Of a DNA stretch of 50,089 nucleotides, positions 38,725 to 47,650 are shown one piece after another. This DNA comes from a bacterium (GTDB taxonomy: Bacteria > Hydrothermota > 32-111), in the NCBI GenBank assembly GCA_050239825.1, contig JBFXGO010000012.1:1-50089 (forward strand), read 5' to 3'. Under the pieces are notes generated by a model. The model was not told the origin of the DNA. It did not search any database and saw nothing but the letters and a program-made list of their open reading frames with translations. The position numbers and the translations under genes are program-made. Within the stretch, counting starts at the first letter, position 1. Every line of letters begins with the position of its first letter.

Positions 38725-39695
38725 AAAAGAAGCAGAAGGCATACTGTAAATCCGCAGAACGCCGCAGTTCTCAGAATATTTGATTTTAAATTTAAGAGCA
38801 ATCTGTCGAAAATACCGTCTCTTATTCTTGATGCAGGATTGAATGGATTTTTAATTCTTTTTGTATCTCTGCCGACTCTCTTAATCAAATCAGATACTTT
38901 CAAGTATGAGTCCCCGTCAAGCAGGGGAGATTGAAGGGAAAAACGAGGAAGTGCGATATCTTTATAATCAGCGCCTCCCAATAAAATGATTCCGTCATAA
39001 TCGTCATTCAGTCCAATCTTTAGGGAATTCTTTAAAAGCATAGTATTGAACACAACAGAATCAAAAATAGCTGAAAGAGCCATGGAAAATTTCTGAAGCG
39101 CAGGGGAATATACAGATGAAACCAAAGCGATTCTTTTTGTGCGGGCAAAATAAAATTTATTATTGTAAGGATTGTCATCATTGCTCTCAAGGAGAACCGA
39201 ATCAGCCTTGGCAAATGGAAAAATACGATAGAGAGAATCATTTCCCGCAGAGAGAACTATTGCAGAGTCACTATTGAATACTTTTAATCTGCATGGAGAA
39301 GTATGAAGGGAATAATTTAGTACTGATACAAAGAGTGTTTCACCGAGAAGATATGCAGTATCTATACCTATATCTGTTAAATTTAAAAATGCTAAGGTGG
39401 CATTGTTCTCGCTAATGAGATTCTTTTTATCCTCTGCGGTTATAATCAGAGGCGCTGAAGAAGAATATAATTCTTTTGCGCGGTCATACTTTGAAGCTTT
39501 TGAAAATTCAATGAAATTTACTTCATCATCCGATATGAAAACCGGAGCTCTGTAGGGAAATCTGACGAGAAAACTTAAAACAAAGATAATTAAGAAAATG
39601 ACTGCCCAAAAGGCAGTCATTTTTCTTTTATACGAAATCCTCTTCTTGAAGAGAAAAATTAATAAAATGCACCCTACGAAGAGAACTAAAAACAT
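38721..39695 (-). CDS. Hypothetical membrane-anchored protein
   Basis: N- and C-terminal transmembrane segments; coupled to pckA. Confidence 0.65.
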   Translation of the reverse strand: MFLVLFVGCILLIFLFKKRISYKRKMTAFWAVIFLIIFVLSFLVRFPYRAPVFISDDEVNFIEFSKASKYDRAKELYSSSAPLIITAEDKKNLISENNATLAFLNLTDIGIDTAYLLGETLFVSVLNYSLHTSPCRLKVFNSDSAIVLSAGNDSLYRIFPFAKADSVLLESNDDNPYNNKFYFARTKRIALVSSVYSPALQKFSMALSAIFDSVVFNTMLLKNSLKIGLNDDYDGIILLGGADYKDIALPRFSLQSPLLDGDSYLKVSDLIKRVGRDTKRIKNPFNPASRIRDGIFDRLLLNLKSNILRTAAFCGFTVCLLLLF

Positions 39696-41239
39696 TAAAA
39701 TTTTACATTCATTTTTATGAAATTTTCATCAAACTTACTCTTTAGCATCATTGCCTGTTTCTTGTATGCATCTTTGTCTTTCCATGTGTTGATTGGATTT
39801 AAAACTTCCTTTGGTACATCGGAAAGTTCGGTCGGTATGGAGAGTCCGAAAAATGGTTCTGTTTCAAATTTTATCTTTTCAAATTCACCTGTCAGAATCG
39901 CCTTCACCATTCTTCTTGTATAGGCGATTTTGAATCTCGAACCTACACCGTATGGCCCGCCCGTCCATCCGGTATTCAAAAGATAGACCACCGATCCGTG
40001 CTTCTCTATCTTCTCTTTGAGCATCTCAGCATATTTCTGAGGATGAAGCAGCATGAATGGCGCTCCGAAACATGTGGAGAATGTCGCCTGCGGCTCTGTT
40101 ATTCCTCTCTCTGTGCCAGCGAGTTTGCTTGTGTACCCGGAGACAAAATGCTCCATCGCCTGTGTCGATGTGAGTTTGGCTACAGGAGGAAGAACTCCGA
40201 ACGCATCTGCAGTTAGGAATATGACCTTCTTCGGATGCGCCCCCATTCCGGACATATCAGCATTGGGTATGTATGAAACTGGGTATGCGCCTCTTGTATT
40301 CTCAGTCAGAGAACCGTCGTCATAATTGGGATTTCCGGTCTTTTCATCAAGTATTACATTCTCAAGGAGTGAACCGAATTTAAGGGCATCATATATCTGC
40401 GGCTCATTTTCTCTCTTGAGATTTATCAGTTTTGCATAACAGCCGCCCTCGAAGTTGAAGACTCCGTCTTCAGACCATCCGTGTTCATCGTCGCCTATTA
40501 GCTTCCTCTCAATGTCTGCTGAAAGAGTCGTCTTTCCCGTGCCTGAGAGACCGAAGAATATTGCTGTATTGCCCTTGTCGTCAGTATTTGCAGAGCAGTG
40601 CATGGGGAAGACCTTTCTAAATGGAAGCATATAATTCAGCGCCGAAAAGACTGATTTCTTTATCTCTCCGAAGTATTGTGTGCCTCCTATCAAAATGATT
40701 TTTTTATCGAAATTGATTATGACAAAGCATTCTGAATTTGTCATGTCAAGTTCTTTTACAGCGTAAAGATGCGGCATACATATTATATTAATGTCGGGTG
40801 TAAAGCCTTCAAGCTCTTTGTCTGTGGGTTTTATGAAAAGCTGTGAAGTGGCGAGCGCCTGACTGGCAAGCTCATTCACAACTCTTATGGCATAACCGTG
40901 CTTTTTGTCAGCTCCGACAAATCCGTCAAAGACAAATAAATCTTTTTTCTGAATGTAGCCGAGCATTTTTTGGTAAAGCGAGTCAAAAAGCTTTTCTGAT
41001 ATGGGAATGTTAACCTTTCCCCAGTTGATGTGGGGTTTCACTGATTCTGTCTCGACGATGAATCTGTCATTCGGTGAGCGTCCGTTGTATTTACCTGTAT
41101 TCACCACAAGAGCGCCGGTTGAAGCAAGAACTCCCTCTTTTTTTTCCAAAGACATCTCGACAAGCTTTGGAGCAGAAAGATTTCTGTAAAGATTTTGATA
41201 ATTTATGATTTTTAGATCATTTAGTGAAAACGCATTCAT
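39695..41239 (-). CDS. pckA: Phosphoenolpyruvate carboxykinase (ATP)
   Basis: GRSPNDR, MHCSAN, GLSGTGKTTLS, LIGDDEHGW, NFEGGCYAK. Confidence 0.97.
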   Translation of the reverse strand: MNAFSLNDLKIINYQNLYRNLSAPKLVEMSLEKKEGVLASTGALVVNTGKYNGRSPNDRFIVETESVKPHINWGKVNIPISEKLFDSLYQKMLGYIQKKDLFVFDGFVGADKKHGYAIRVVNELASQALATSQLFIKPTDKELEGFTPDINIICMPHLYAVKELDMTNSECFVIINFDKKIILIGGTQYFGEIKKSVFSALNYMLPFRKVFPMHCSANTDDKGNTAIFFGLSGTGKTTLSADIERKLIGDDEHGWSEDGVFNFEGGCYAKLINLKRENEPQIYDALKFGSLLENVILDEKTGNPNYDDGSLTENTRGAYPVSYIPNADMSGMGAHPKKVIFLTADAFGVLPPVAKLTSTQAMEHFVSGYTSKLAGTERGITEPQATFSTCFGAPFMLLHPQKYAEMLKEKIEKHGSVVYLLNTGWTGGPYGVGSRFKIAYTRRMVKAILTGEFEKIKFETEPFFGLSIPTELSDVPKEVLNPINTWKDKDAYKKQAMMLKSKFDENFIKMNVKF

Positions 41240-41372
41240 TAAACCTCCTTAATAATATGTAAAAATATTATATAAGAAAACAAAATAATTTTCAATGATT
41301 TTTTTCAACATTCACTTTATCTATTGCAAAGAGCCGTCAAAGTGGTAAAATCAAATAAAAACAGAGGTGATT

Positions 41373-42461
41373 ATGAATTACACTAATAATTTTGCCGAAA
41401 GAAAGAATCTTTATTTCAACAGCGCGTCCTCGGGGGTTCTCACTCTCAACGCAGTCAAAGAGGCAAAGAGATATTTGGACATAATGGCGCTCTGCGCAGA
41501 TGTGCGGATAGATGAATACTTTGAGATTTTAGACAAAGCTAGGGAGGGGGCGGCAGGCATAATCGGAGCCGAAAAGAAGAGCATCGGACTTATCTCAAAT
41601 ACGACAACCGGCATATTTATAGTCAGAAACACATTCCCTGAGATAAAGAATATTGTCATATACGGACACGGGTTTCCGTGCACTTTGGCTCCATTTCTTC
41701 ATGATGGTAGATATAGAGTGGAAGTTGTATCGAAGGATATGAATCTGCTAAACAAAATGCTTTCTCAGATAAACCGCTCAATTGTATTTGTTGATCTTGT
41801 GGATTTTCTGACAGGCGAGCTGATTGACATTGACGAGCTTACGGAAGTCGTACACAACCACAATTCAATAGTTGCAGTTGATGCTATTCAGGGAGCGGGC
41901 TATCTGCCGCTCTCAATGAAAGATTCACCGACCGACTTTCTTTTCGCCGGCACTTCAAAATGGCTTCTCGGACCGCAGGGTGCTGGCTTTATCTATATAA
42001 ACGAAAAGCATATTGAAAAGAGTGTTTTCAGAAATCTCGGATGGCTTTCCCTTGATTACAGGGATTTTGATTCATTTGCCACTCTTCCTGAGCCGAGGAA
42101 GGATGCAAGCGGTCTGGAGTCCGGAACGAGGAATGTCATAGGAGCTGTAATGATGAAGGAAAATTTAAAATTTCTAAACAGTGTTGGGATTGAAGAAGTG
42201 TATAGGCATGACCTTGAAGGAGCAGAGATAATAATGAAAAAAGCGGAAATGATGGGAAGCGTCACACAGCAGAGCGGCTCAATGAATACTCCCATTGTTT
42301 CTCTTAAAACAAGGAACATACATCATCTTTACAATTATCTTTCTGAGCACAATGTTCAGGTATCATTCAGAGAGAATTATATCCGCATAGCTTATCATAT
42401 ATTTAACACAGCTGAAGAAGCAGAAAAACTTGTTGAGATTCTTGACCAATACAAACTTTAA
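41373..42461 (+). CDS. Class V PLP-dependent aminotransferase-family enzyme
   Basis: YFNSAS, VDAIQGAG, SKWLLGPQG. Confidence 0.85.
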   Translation: MNYTNNFAERKNLYFNSASSGVLTLNAVKEAKRYLDIMALCADVRIDEYFEILDKAREGAAGIIGAEKKSIGLISNTTTGIFIVRNTFPEIKNIVIYGHGFPCTLAPFLHDGRYRVEVVSKDMNLLNKMLSQINRSIVFVDLVDFLTGELIDIDELTEVVHNHNSIVAVDAIQGAGYLPLSMKDSPTDFLFAGTSKWLLGPQGAGFIYINEKHIEKSVFRNLGWLSLDYRDFDSFATLPEPRKDASGLESGTRNVIGAVMMKENLKFLNSVGIEEVYRHDLEGAEIIMKKAEMMGSVTQQSGSMNTPIVSLKTRNIHHLYNYLSEHNVQVSFRENYIRIAYHIFNTAEEAEKLVEILDQYKL

Positions 42462-42916
42462 TGAAGGGAGGCATAGTAATACTTGACAATCTGAGAAGCG
42501 CGCATAATGTCGGAAACATTTACAGGAGCGCATTCTCATACGGCTTCAGCACAATTATCCATGTGGGAGTCACGCCTTTAAGAGATAATCCTAATTTTAT
42601 TTCATCTTCAAGAGGTTGCGAAGAACATATTAAAACAATTACTTATGAAGAGATAACTCAGGCTCTTGAATATGCATCTTCGGAGAATCTTTTAATTTAC
42701 TCTCTTGAACTGCACAAGAACGCCGTGAATCTCGGAAGTATGCAGTATGAAGGCAAATTCGCGGTCATACTTGGAAATGAAGCTCTCGGAGTCTCCCAGT
42801 CTGCTCTTGAAAAATCTCACAAGATTATTTCAATAGAGACATCAGGTGCGAAAGACTCACTCAATGTAGCGGTTGCTTTTGGCATATTTGCTTATACAAT
42901 GTTTTTGAAAAATTAA
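42461..42916 (+). CDS. TrmH/SpoU-family RNA methyltransferase
   Basis: DNLRSAHNVG..RS, LGNE..G, SLNVAVA. Confidence 0.9.
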   Translation: MKGGIVILDNLRSAHNVGNIYRSAFSYGFSTIIHVGVTPLRDNPNFISSSRGCEEHIKTITYEEITQALEYASSENLLIYSLELHKNAVNLGSMQYEGKFAVILGNEALGVSQSALEKSHKIISIETSGAKDSLNVAVAFGIFAYTMFLKN

Positions 42917-42996
42917 GTCAAATAAATGTAAGTGCTTGACAAAATACTAATATTGGTTATATTATCAGAGTAAAGGAAAAAAAATCAGGAGGTAAT

Positions 42997-43353
42997 ATGA
43001 AGAGTCTGATTTTGGTTTTCTTTGCATTTTTAAGTTTGTTTTTCATCTCCTGTGTTTCAACAGACAAAATTCAATCCAATGTCGACTGCGCGATTGTTCT
43101 AATCAACGGCCCTTCGGACCTGACTGTGGGTGAAACTGCAGTGCTGAATGCAGTTTACTATGACAGAGATAACAAAATTATAAAAAACTGCAAGAATATA
43201 ACCCCAGTGTGGAATATAGGAGACAGAAACATCATTGAGATTGAAAAGGATCTGGGCAATTGTATTAAAATAAAGGCGATGAAATGCGGAGACTGCTGTG
43301 TTCAGGCGAGCGTAAACGGACTTATAACATCTTTGGCGATTCAGGTAAAATGA
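42997..43353 (+). CDS. Small Cys-rich lipoprotein with Ig-like domain
   Basis: Lipobox FISC; LTVGETAVL; AGGAGG SD; TTGACA-16-TATATT at 42936-42963. Confidence 0.7.
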   Translation: MKSLILVFFAFLSLFFISCVSTDKIQSNVDCAIVLINGPSDLTVGETAVLNAVYYDRDNKIIKNCKNITPVWNIGDRNIIEIEKDLGNCIKIKAMKCGDCCVQASVNGLITSLAIQVK

Positions 43354-44673
43354 TTATTCCTGAATTTTAAAATATTTTGATTTCAGTGCTTCACTCAAAA
43401 CGGGGAATGTTTCTTTTATGCTCTCTACGAGTTCTGTCAATTTTATCATTTTCTGATTTATAGAGTATGCATTAGCGAGATTCTTTATAAGAATTGTGTC
43501 TTTGTCATTTAGAAGGTATGCCCTCTCAAAGTAAAACTCTGATGAATCCATTTTACCTTGCTTGAAAAAATTCAATCCGCTGTACTTAAATACAAAAAGG
43601 GAATCGACTTTTGTTTTCAAAGGATAAACGGATAATATTTTTTGGGAAGATTCATAGTCTTTGATAAAGAAATATGATTGAATGAATTCTTTTGAACAGT
43701 ATGCTGGATACTTCTCAGAGAGTCTCTCGTAAAGTTCTATCGCCTGATTGAATTTATCATATTTAAAGAGCTGTTGAGAGAGATTGTCAAGGAGTGTTGA
43801 ATCCGATATGTTGTTCTTGGAAATTCTGATGAAAAGAGATTCAAGAAGCGCCTCAGATTTGGTTTTAGAAAATACTGCAAGCATTTTGCCGTACGGAGAA
43901 ACAGAATCGGGATAGTGCTTAACCAGAGAATCAAGCATAACCAAAGTTGAATCATAGGACTCAATTGTAAAATAATTATCGGAGAGTTTATGTAGGGAAT
44001 AGTACCTGTATGGAGAAGCTATCAGTTTCAAATATGATTTGTTTGCGGCTATGTAGTTTTTTGATGCAGTGTAAATCTTTCCTGCAAGAAGGTAATCTTC
44101 ATTCTTCGGTTCCTTTAAAGAGAGGAGCTGGGTTAGGTAAGAGACGGCAAGAGTATAATTTTCCATCTTTGACTCATACTTTGCGAGCGCGTAGAGAGCG
44201 CCTCTGTCATTGGGAATCCGTTTTTTAATGAATAATGCATAAGAGTATGCCGAATCAACCATATTTTTGCTGTTGAAATAATCAAGCTTTAAAGCATTGA
44301 GGTTCTCTGAAACAGGGTATGCGGAAAGAGCCGTGTTTATTGTTTGATAGAATAATTTATCATCAAATTCAAAAAGCATCTTAGCATACAGATAGTAGGT
44401 CTCTTCAACAGGATTCAGTTCAACTGCTCTTCCTATAAATGGGATGGCATCCTTTGTCTGTTTTAAATTATGCAGTGTCGATGCAAAATAATAGTATGGC
44501 TCGTATCTGTTTGAATCATAATTTGTAAGTATATTAAAGAATTTTTCAACAAGCTTGGCATCAGAGCCATTATAGGCATTTTCCATCGAATCAAGGTACA
44601 TCGAAAAGAAGTCCTGTTCAGCAAAGACAAACAGAGAGAGTAAAAGAATGAATATAAATATTAATTTTTTCAT
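43354..44673 (-). CDS. Exported tetratricopeptide-repeat protein
   Basis: Signal peptide; helical repeats (AVELNP, YYLYA). Confidence 0.75.
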   Translation of the reverse strand: MKKLIFIFILLLSLFVFAEQDFFSMYLDSMENAYNGSDAKLVEKFFNILTNYDSNRYEPYYYFASTLHNLKQTKDAIPFIGRAVELNPVEETYYLYAKMLFEFDDKLFYQTINTALSAYPVSENLNALKLDYFNSKNMVDSAYSYALFIKKRIPNDRGALYALAKYESKMENYTLAVSYLTQLLSLKEPKNEDYLLAGKIYTASKNYIAANKSYLKLIASPYRYYSLHKLSDNYFTIESYDSTLVMLDSLVKHYPDSVSPYGKMLAVFSKTKSEALLESLFIRISKNNISDSTLLDNLSQQLFKYDKFNQAIELYERLSEKYPAYCSKEFIQSYFFIKDYESSQKILSVYPLKTKVDSLFVFKYSGLNFFKQGKMDSSEFYFERAYLLNDKDTILIKNLANAYSINQKMIKLTELVESIKETFPVLSEALKSKYFKIQE

Positions 44674-44853
44674 AATGGTTTAATTATATAATATATTCTT
44701 CTTTAATCAATACCCGGCTTTATGGAGTCCGTTTATCAAAATTTCAACATTCTGCGGCATTAGTTCGCTGTGAACGGATCCTCTCATTCTGATAATTACA
44801 GATTTTGTTCGTTTTTTGTGATATAATGTAACCTTAAAAAAGGAGATGACAGA

Positions 44854-46941
44854 ATGAAAATGAATGCTTTTATTTCTGTTTTAATACTTGCCGCGATTTT
44901 ATCCTGCGCCAAACAGAATAGTGTGGAGGAGCCGGATGCGATAAAGCACACTACAACTAAAAAAATGTTCGGTTATGCGCTGAAGGATGATTATGAATAT
45001 TTCAGAAACAAAGATGCTGATTCTGTGCTGAAGTACATTGAAGAGGAGAATCTTTATACTGAAAAGATGATGTCTCACACCAAAGAACTCCAAGAGAAGC
45101 TTTATCAGGAGATAATCAAGCGGATTGACCAATCAGACGAGTCTGTGCCTGAGCTTATTGATTCGTTTTATTATTTTTCAAAATCTGAAGAAGGAAAGGA
45201 TTATCCTATATACATTAGAAAGGCAAATCTCCTTGATGCGAAAGAAGAAACACTGCTTGACATGAACAAGGAGGGCGCGAAGCATATATTCTATGATGTC
45301 AGAATATTTGAAATGAGTGAAGACCACAGGTATCTTGCTTATTCATTCGATACAACCGGAAGCGAAAAATACACGCTTAGAGTTTATGACACTGCGGCTA
45401 AAACAAATATGAATGATGAAATAGAGGATGTGACAAGCATGGCGTGGCTCAAAGACGGAAGCGGATTCTACTACACGATTGAAGATGATATTTCGAGGTC
45501 ATACGCTCTTTGCTTTCATTCAGTTAAATCCCATACAAACCGGATTGTTTATGAAGAGACTGACGAGAAATATTCTATCTATGTTTCAAAAACAAGAAGC
45601 AGGGAGTACATACTCGCCTCTGTTTCAAGCAACATAACAAGCGAAGTTTTGTACATAGGAGCCAATGACTCTTCTGGAAACTTCCTTTACATTTCTTTAA
45701 GAAAGGAGGGAGTGGAATATTATGTAGATAATGCGAACGGCTATTTTTATGTGATGACCAATGAAAACGCCAAAAACTTCAAAGTAGTGAGAGTAAAGCC
45801 GGGAAGCGACATTCTTACTGCGGAGACAGTTGAACCGGCAAGCGATTCGTTTACAATAGAAGGAATCGACTGTTTCAAGGAATATCTCTGTCTCTACGAG
45901 AGGATAAACGGCAAAAAGGAGTTGAAGGTTTTTGATTATTCATTGAATGGCGCGAGGAACTTTCCCTTTGAGGAATCCAATTACTCATTCTATCCCTACT
46001 CCAACTCTGTCTTTGACAAGTCGGTTCTTAGGATTGATTATATGTCACTTAAAACACCATATACTACGGTTGACATAAACCTTGCCGACTTTTCATCTGA
46101 AATCAAGAAAGTGCAGATTGTCAACGGGTATGACAGTAAGAATTATATTACGGAATACATATTTGCAAAAGCAAATGACGGAAAGATGAGTCCTATTTCC
46201 CTTGTTTACAGAAAGGAGATTGACAGAAATAATCCCGCCGCGCTCGTACTCAACGGATACGGCGCTTACGGGTCTGTCTCTGACCCTTACTTCTCAACAG
46301 CAAGAATCTCTCTTCTCGACAGGGGAGTCATATTCGCAATTGCGCACATAAGGGGAGGTGGCGACTTAGGCAGGGGATGGTATGAGGATGGAAAGCTCTT
46401 CAACAAGAAAAACTCGTTCAGTGACTTCATCTCATGCGCTGAGCATCTTATAAATGAAGGATACACATCAAAGGAAAAACTTGTTATAACCGGTGGAAGC
46501 GCAGGAGGCCTTCTTATGGGAGCGGTTTTAAATATGCGGCCCGACCTCTTCAGAGGCGCGGTAGTCGGAGTGCCCTTTGTCGATGTTATAAACACAATGC
46601 TCGATTCCACATTGCCTCTTACGGTAGGTGAGTTCGATGAATGGGGAGACCCAAACAGAGAGGATTATTTCAATTACATGTATGAATATTCGCCCTATGA
46701 CAATGTGAAGAAAGCGAATTACCCTGCAATTTTAATAACAGCAGGATACAATGATGTAAGGGTGATGTATTGGGAGCCGCTAAAATGGACAGCGAAGCTG
46801 AGGGACAATAAAACAGGCAATAATCCTATAATGCTTAAAATGACAATGAATGCGGGACACGGAGGAGAGAGCGGAAGATATTCATACTATAGAGACATTG
46901 CATTCGAATATGCATTCATTCTCGACATTTTGAAAATGTAA
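44854..46941 (+). CDS. ptrB: Oligopeptidase B (S9A), predicted lipoprotein
   Basis: GYGAYG, HIRGGG, GGSAGG, DVRV, AGHGG; LSC lipobox. Confidence 0.92.
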   Translation: MKMNAFISVLILAAILSCAKQNSVEEPDAIKHTTTKKMFGYALKDDYEYFRNKDADSVLKYIEEENLYTEKMMSHTKELQEKLYQEIIKRIDQSDESVPELIDSFYYFSKSEEGKDYPIYIRKANLLDAKEETLLDMNKEGAKHIFYDVRIFEMSEDHRYLAYSFDTTGSEKYTLRVYDTAAKTNMNDEIEDVTSMAWLKDGSGFYYTIEDDISRSYALCFHSVKSHTNRIVYEETDEKYSIYVSKTRSREYILASVSSNITSEVLYIGANDSSGNFLYISLRKEGVEYYVDNANGYFYVMTNENAKNFKVVRVKPGSDILTAETVEPASDSFTIEGIDCFKEYLCLYERINGKKELKVFDYSLNGARNFPFEESNYSFYPYSNSVFDKSVLRIDYMSLKTPYTTVDINLADFSSEIKKVQIVNGYDSKNYITEYIFAKANDGKMSPISLVYRKEIDRNNPAALVLNGYGAYGSVSDPYFSTARISLLDRGVIFAIAHIRGGGDLGRGWYEDGKLFNKKNSFSDFISCAEHLINEGYTSKEKLVITGGSAGGLLMGAVLNMRPDLFRGAVVGVPFVDVINTMLDSTLPLTVGEFDEWGDPNREDYFNYMYEYSPYDNVKKANYPAILITAGYNDVRVMYWEPLKWTAKLRDNKTGNNPIMLKMTMNAGHGGESGRYSYYRDIAFEYAFILDILKM

Positions 46942-47047
46942 AGACATTCCAGCGTGTTAGTAATCCGTAATATTTGATTGATTTTACTACCTGAACAGGT
47001 ATAATGAAGAAATCAGATAAGAGGAACTGTATCCGTTCTGAGATGTG

Positions 47048-47075
47048 TTGACACAATAAAAATGGTAGTTATAAT
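47048..47075 (+). promoter_or_regulatory. sigma70 promoter of hicAB
   Basis: TTGACA-16 nt-TATAAT, 8 nt before the ATG. Confidence 0.7.
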
Positions 47076-47083
47076 ATATTAAA

Positions 47084-47278
47084 ATGAAAATAAGAAGCAT
47101 CATAAAGTTAATTGAAAAAGACGGATGGTATTTAGTTGCGACAAAAGGAAGTCACAGGCAATACAAACATCCTATAAAAGTGGGCAGAGTAACAATTGCC
47201 GGTCATCCAAATGATGACATTGCTCCCGGTACTCTAAACAGTATTTTAAAGCAAGCGAAATTAAAGGAGGATAAATAG
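47084..47278 (+). CDS. hicA: HicA toxin
   Basis: DGW...KGSHRQYKHP...GTLNSILKQA. Confidence 0.93.
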   Translation: MKIRSIIKLIEKDGWYLVATKGSHRQYKHPIKVGRVTIAGHPNDDIAPGTLNSILKQAKLKEDK

Positions 47279-47279
47279 A

Positions 47280-47492
47280 ATGCACCGATTTTTAATAGTT
47301 ATAGAAAAAGCAAATGGGAATTATTCCGCATATTCTCCAGATCTGCCGGGATGCATAGCTACCGGCACAACAAGAAAAAAAGCAGAGAAGAATATGCATG
47401 AGGCGATTGAAATGCATTTGCAGGGCATAAGAGAAGATGGTCTGTCAATTCCGCAGTCAACCGCCATAGCCGAATATGTTGCAGTAAAATAG
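47280..47492 (+). CDS. hicB: HicB antitoxin, short form
   Basis: YSAYSPDLPGCIATG...EAIEMHL. Confidence 0.92.
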   Translation: MHRFLIVIEKANGNYSAYSPDLPGCIATGTTRKKAEKNMHEAIEMHLQGIREDGLSIPQSTAIAEYVAVK

Positions 47493-47543
47493 AATATTTG
47501 TGGCTCATTTCTAAATTGTGAAGGATCTATAAATAGAATAATT

Positions 47544-47571
47544 GTAGGGGAGGGTTTTAAACCCTCCTTTT
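47544..47571 (+). terminator. GTAG-led REP-like hairpin / terminator
   Basis: gtagg-ggagggtt-tta-aaccctcc-tttt. Confidence 0.7.
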
Positions 47572-47594
47572 ATGTTTTTTATCAATTATCATTC

Positions 47595-47623
47595 TTGACA
47601 ACAATACAAATTGAATATAAAAT
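47595..47623 (+). promoter_or_regulatory. sigma70 promoter
   Basis: TTGACA-17 nt-TAAAAT, then GGAGGT SD at 47638-47643. Confidence 0.75.
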
Positions 47624-47650
47624 CAGATAAACAATTTGGAGGTAAAGGGA

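Noticed and set aside
44712..44792. Possible structured RNA between the divergent TPR and ptrB genes
   Set aside because: Only one modest stem (tccgttta/tgaacgga); not enough to call.
1472..46610. Numerous short antisense or out-of-frame ORFs inside called genes
   Set aside because: Nested in or largely overlapping genes with clear family motifs; no independent evidence.
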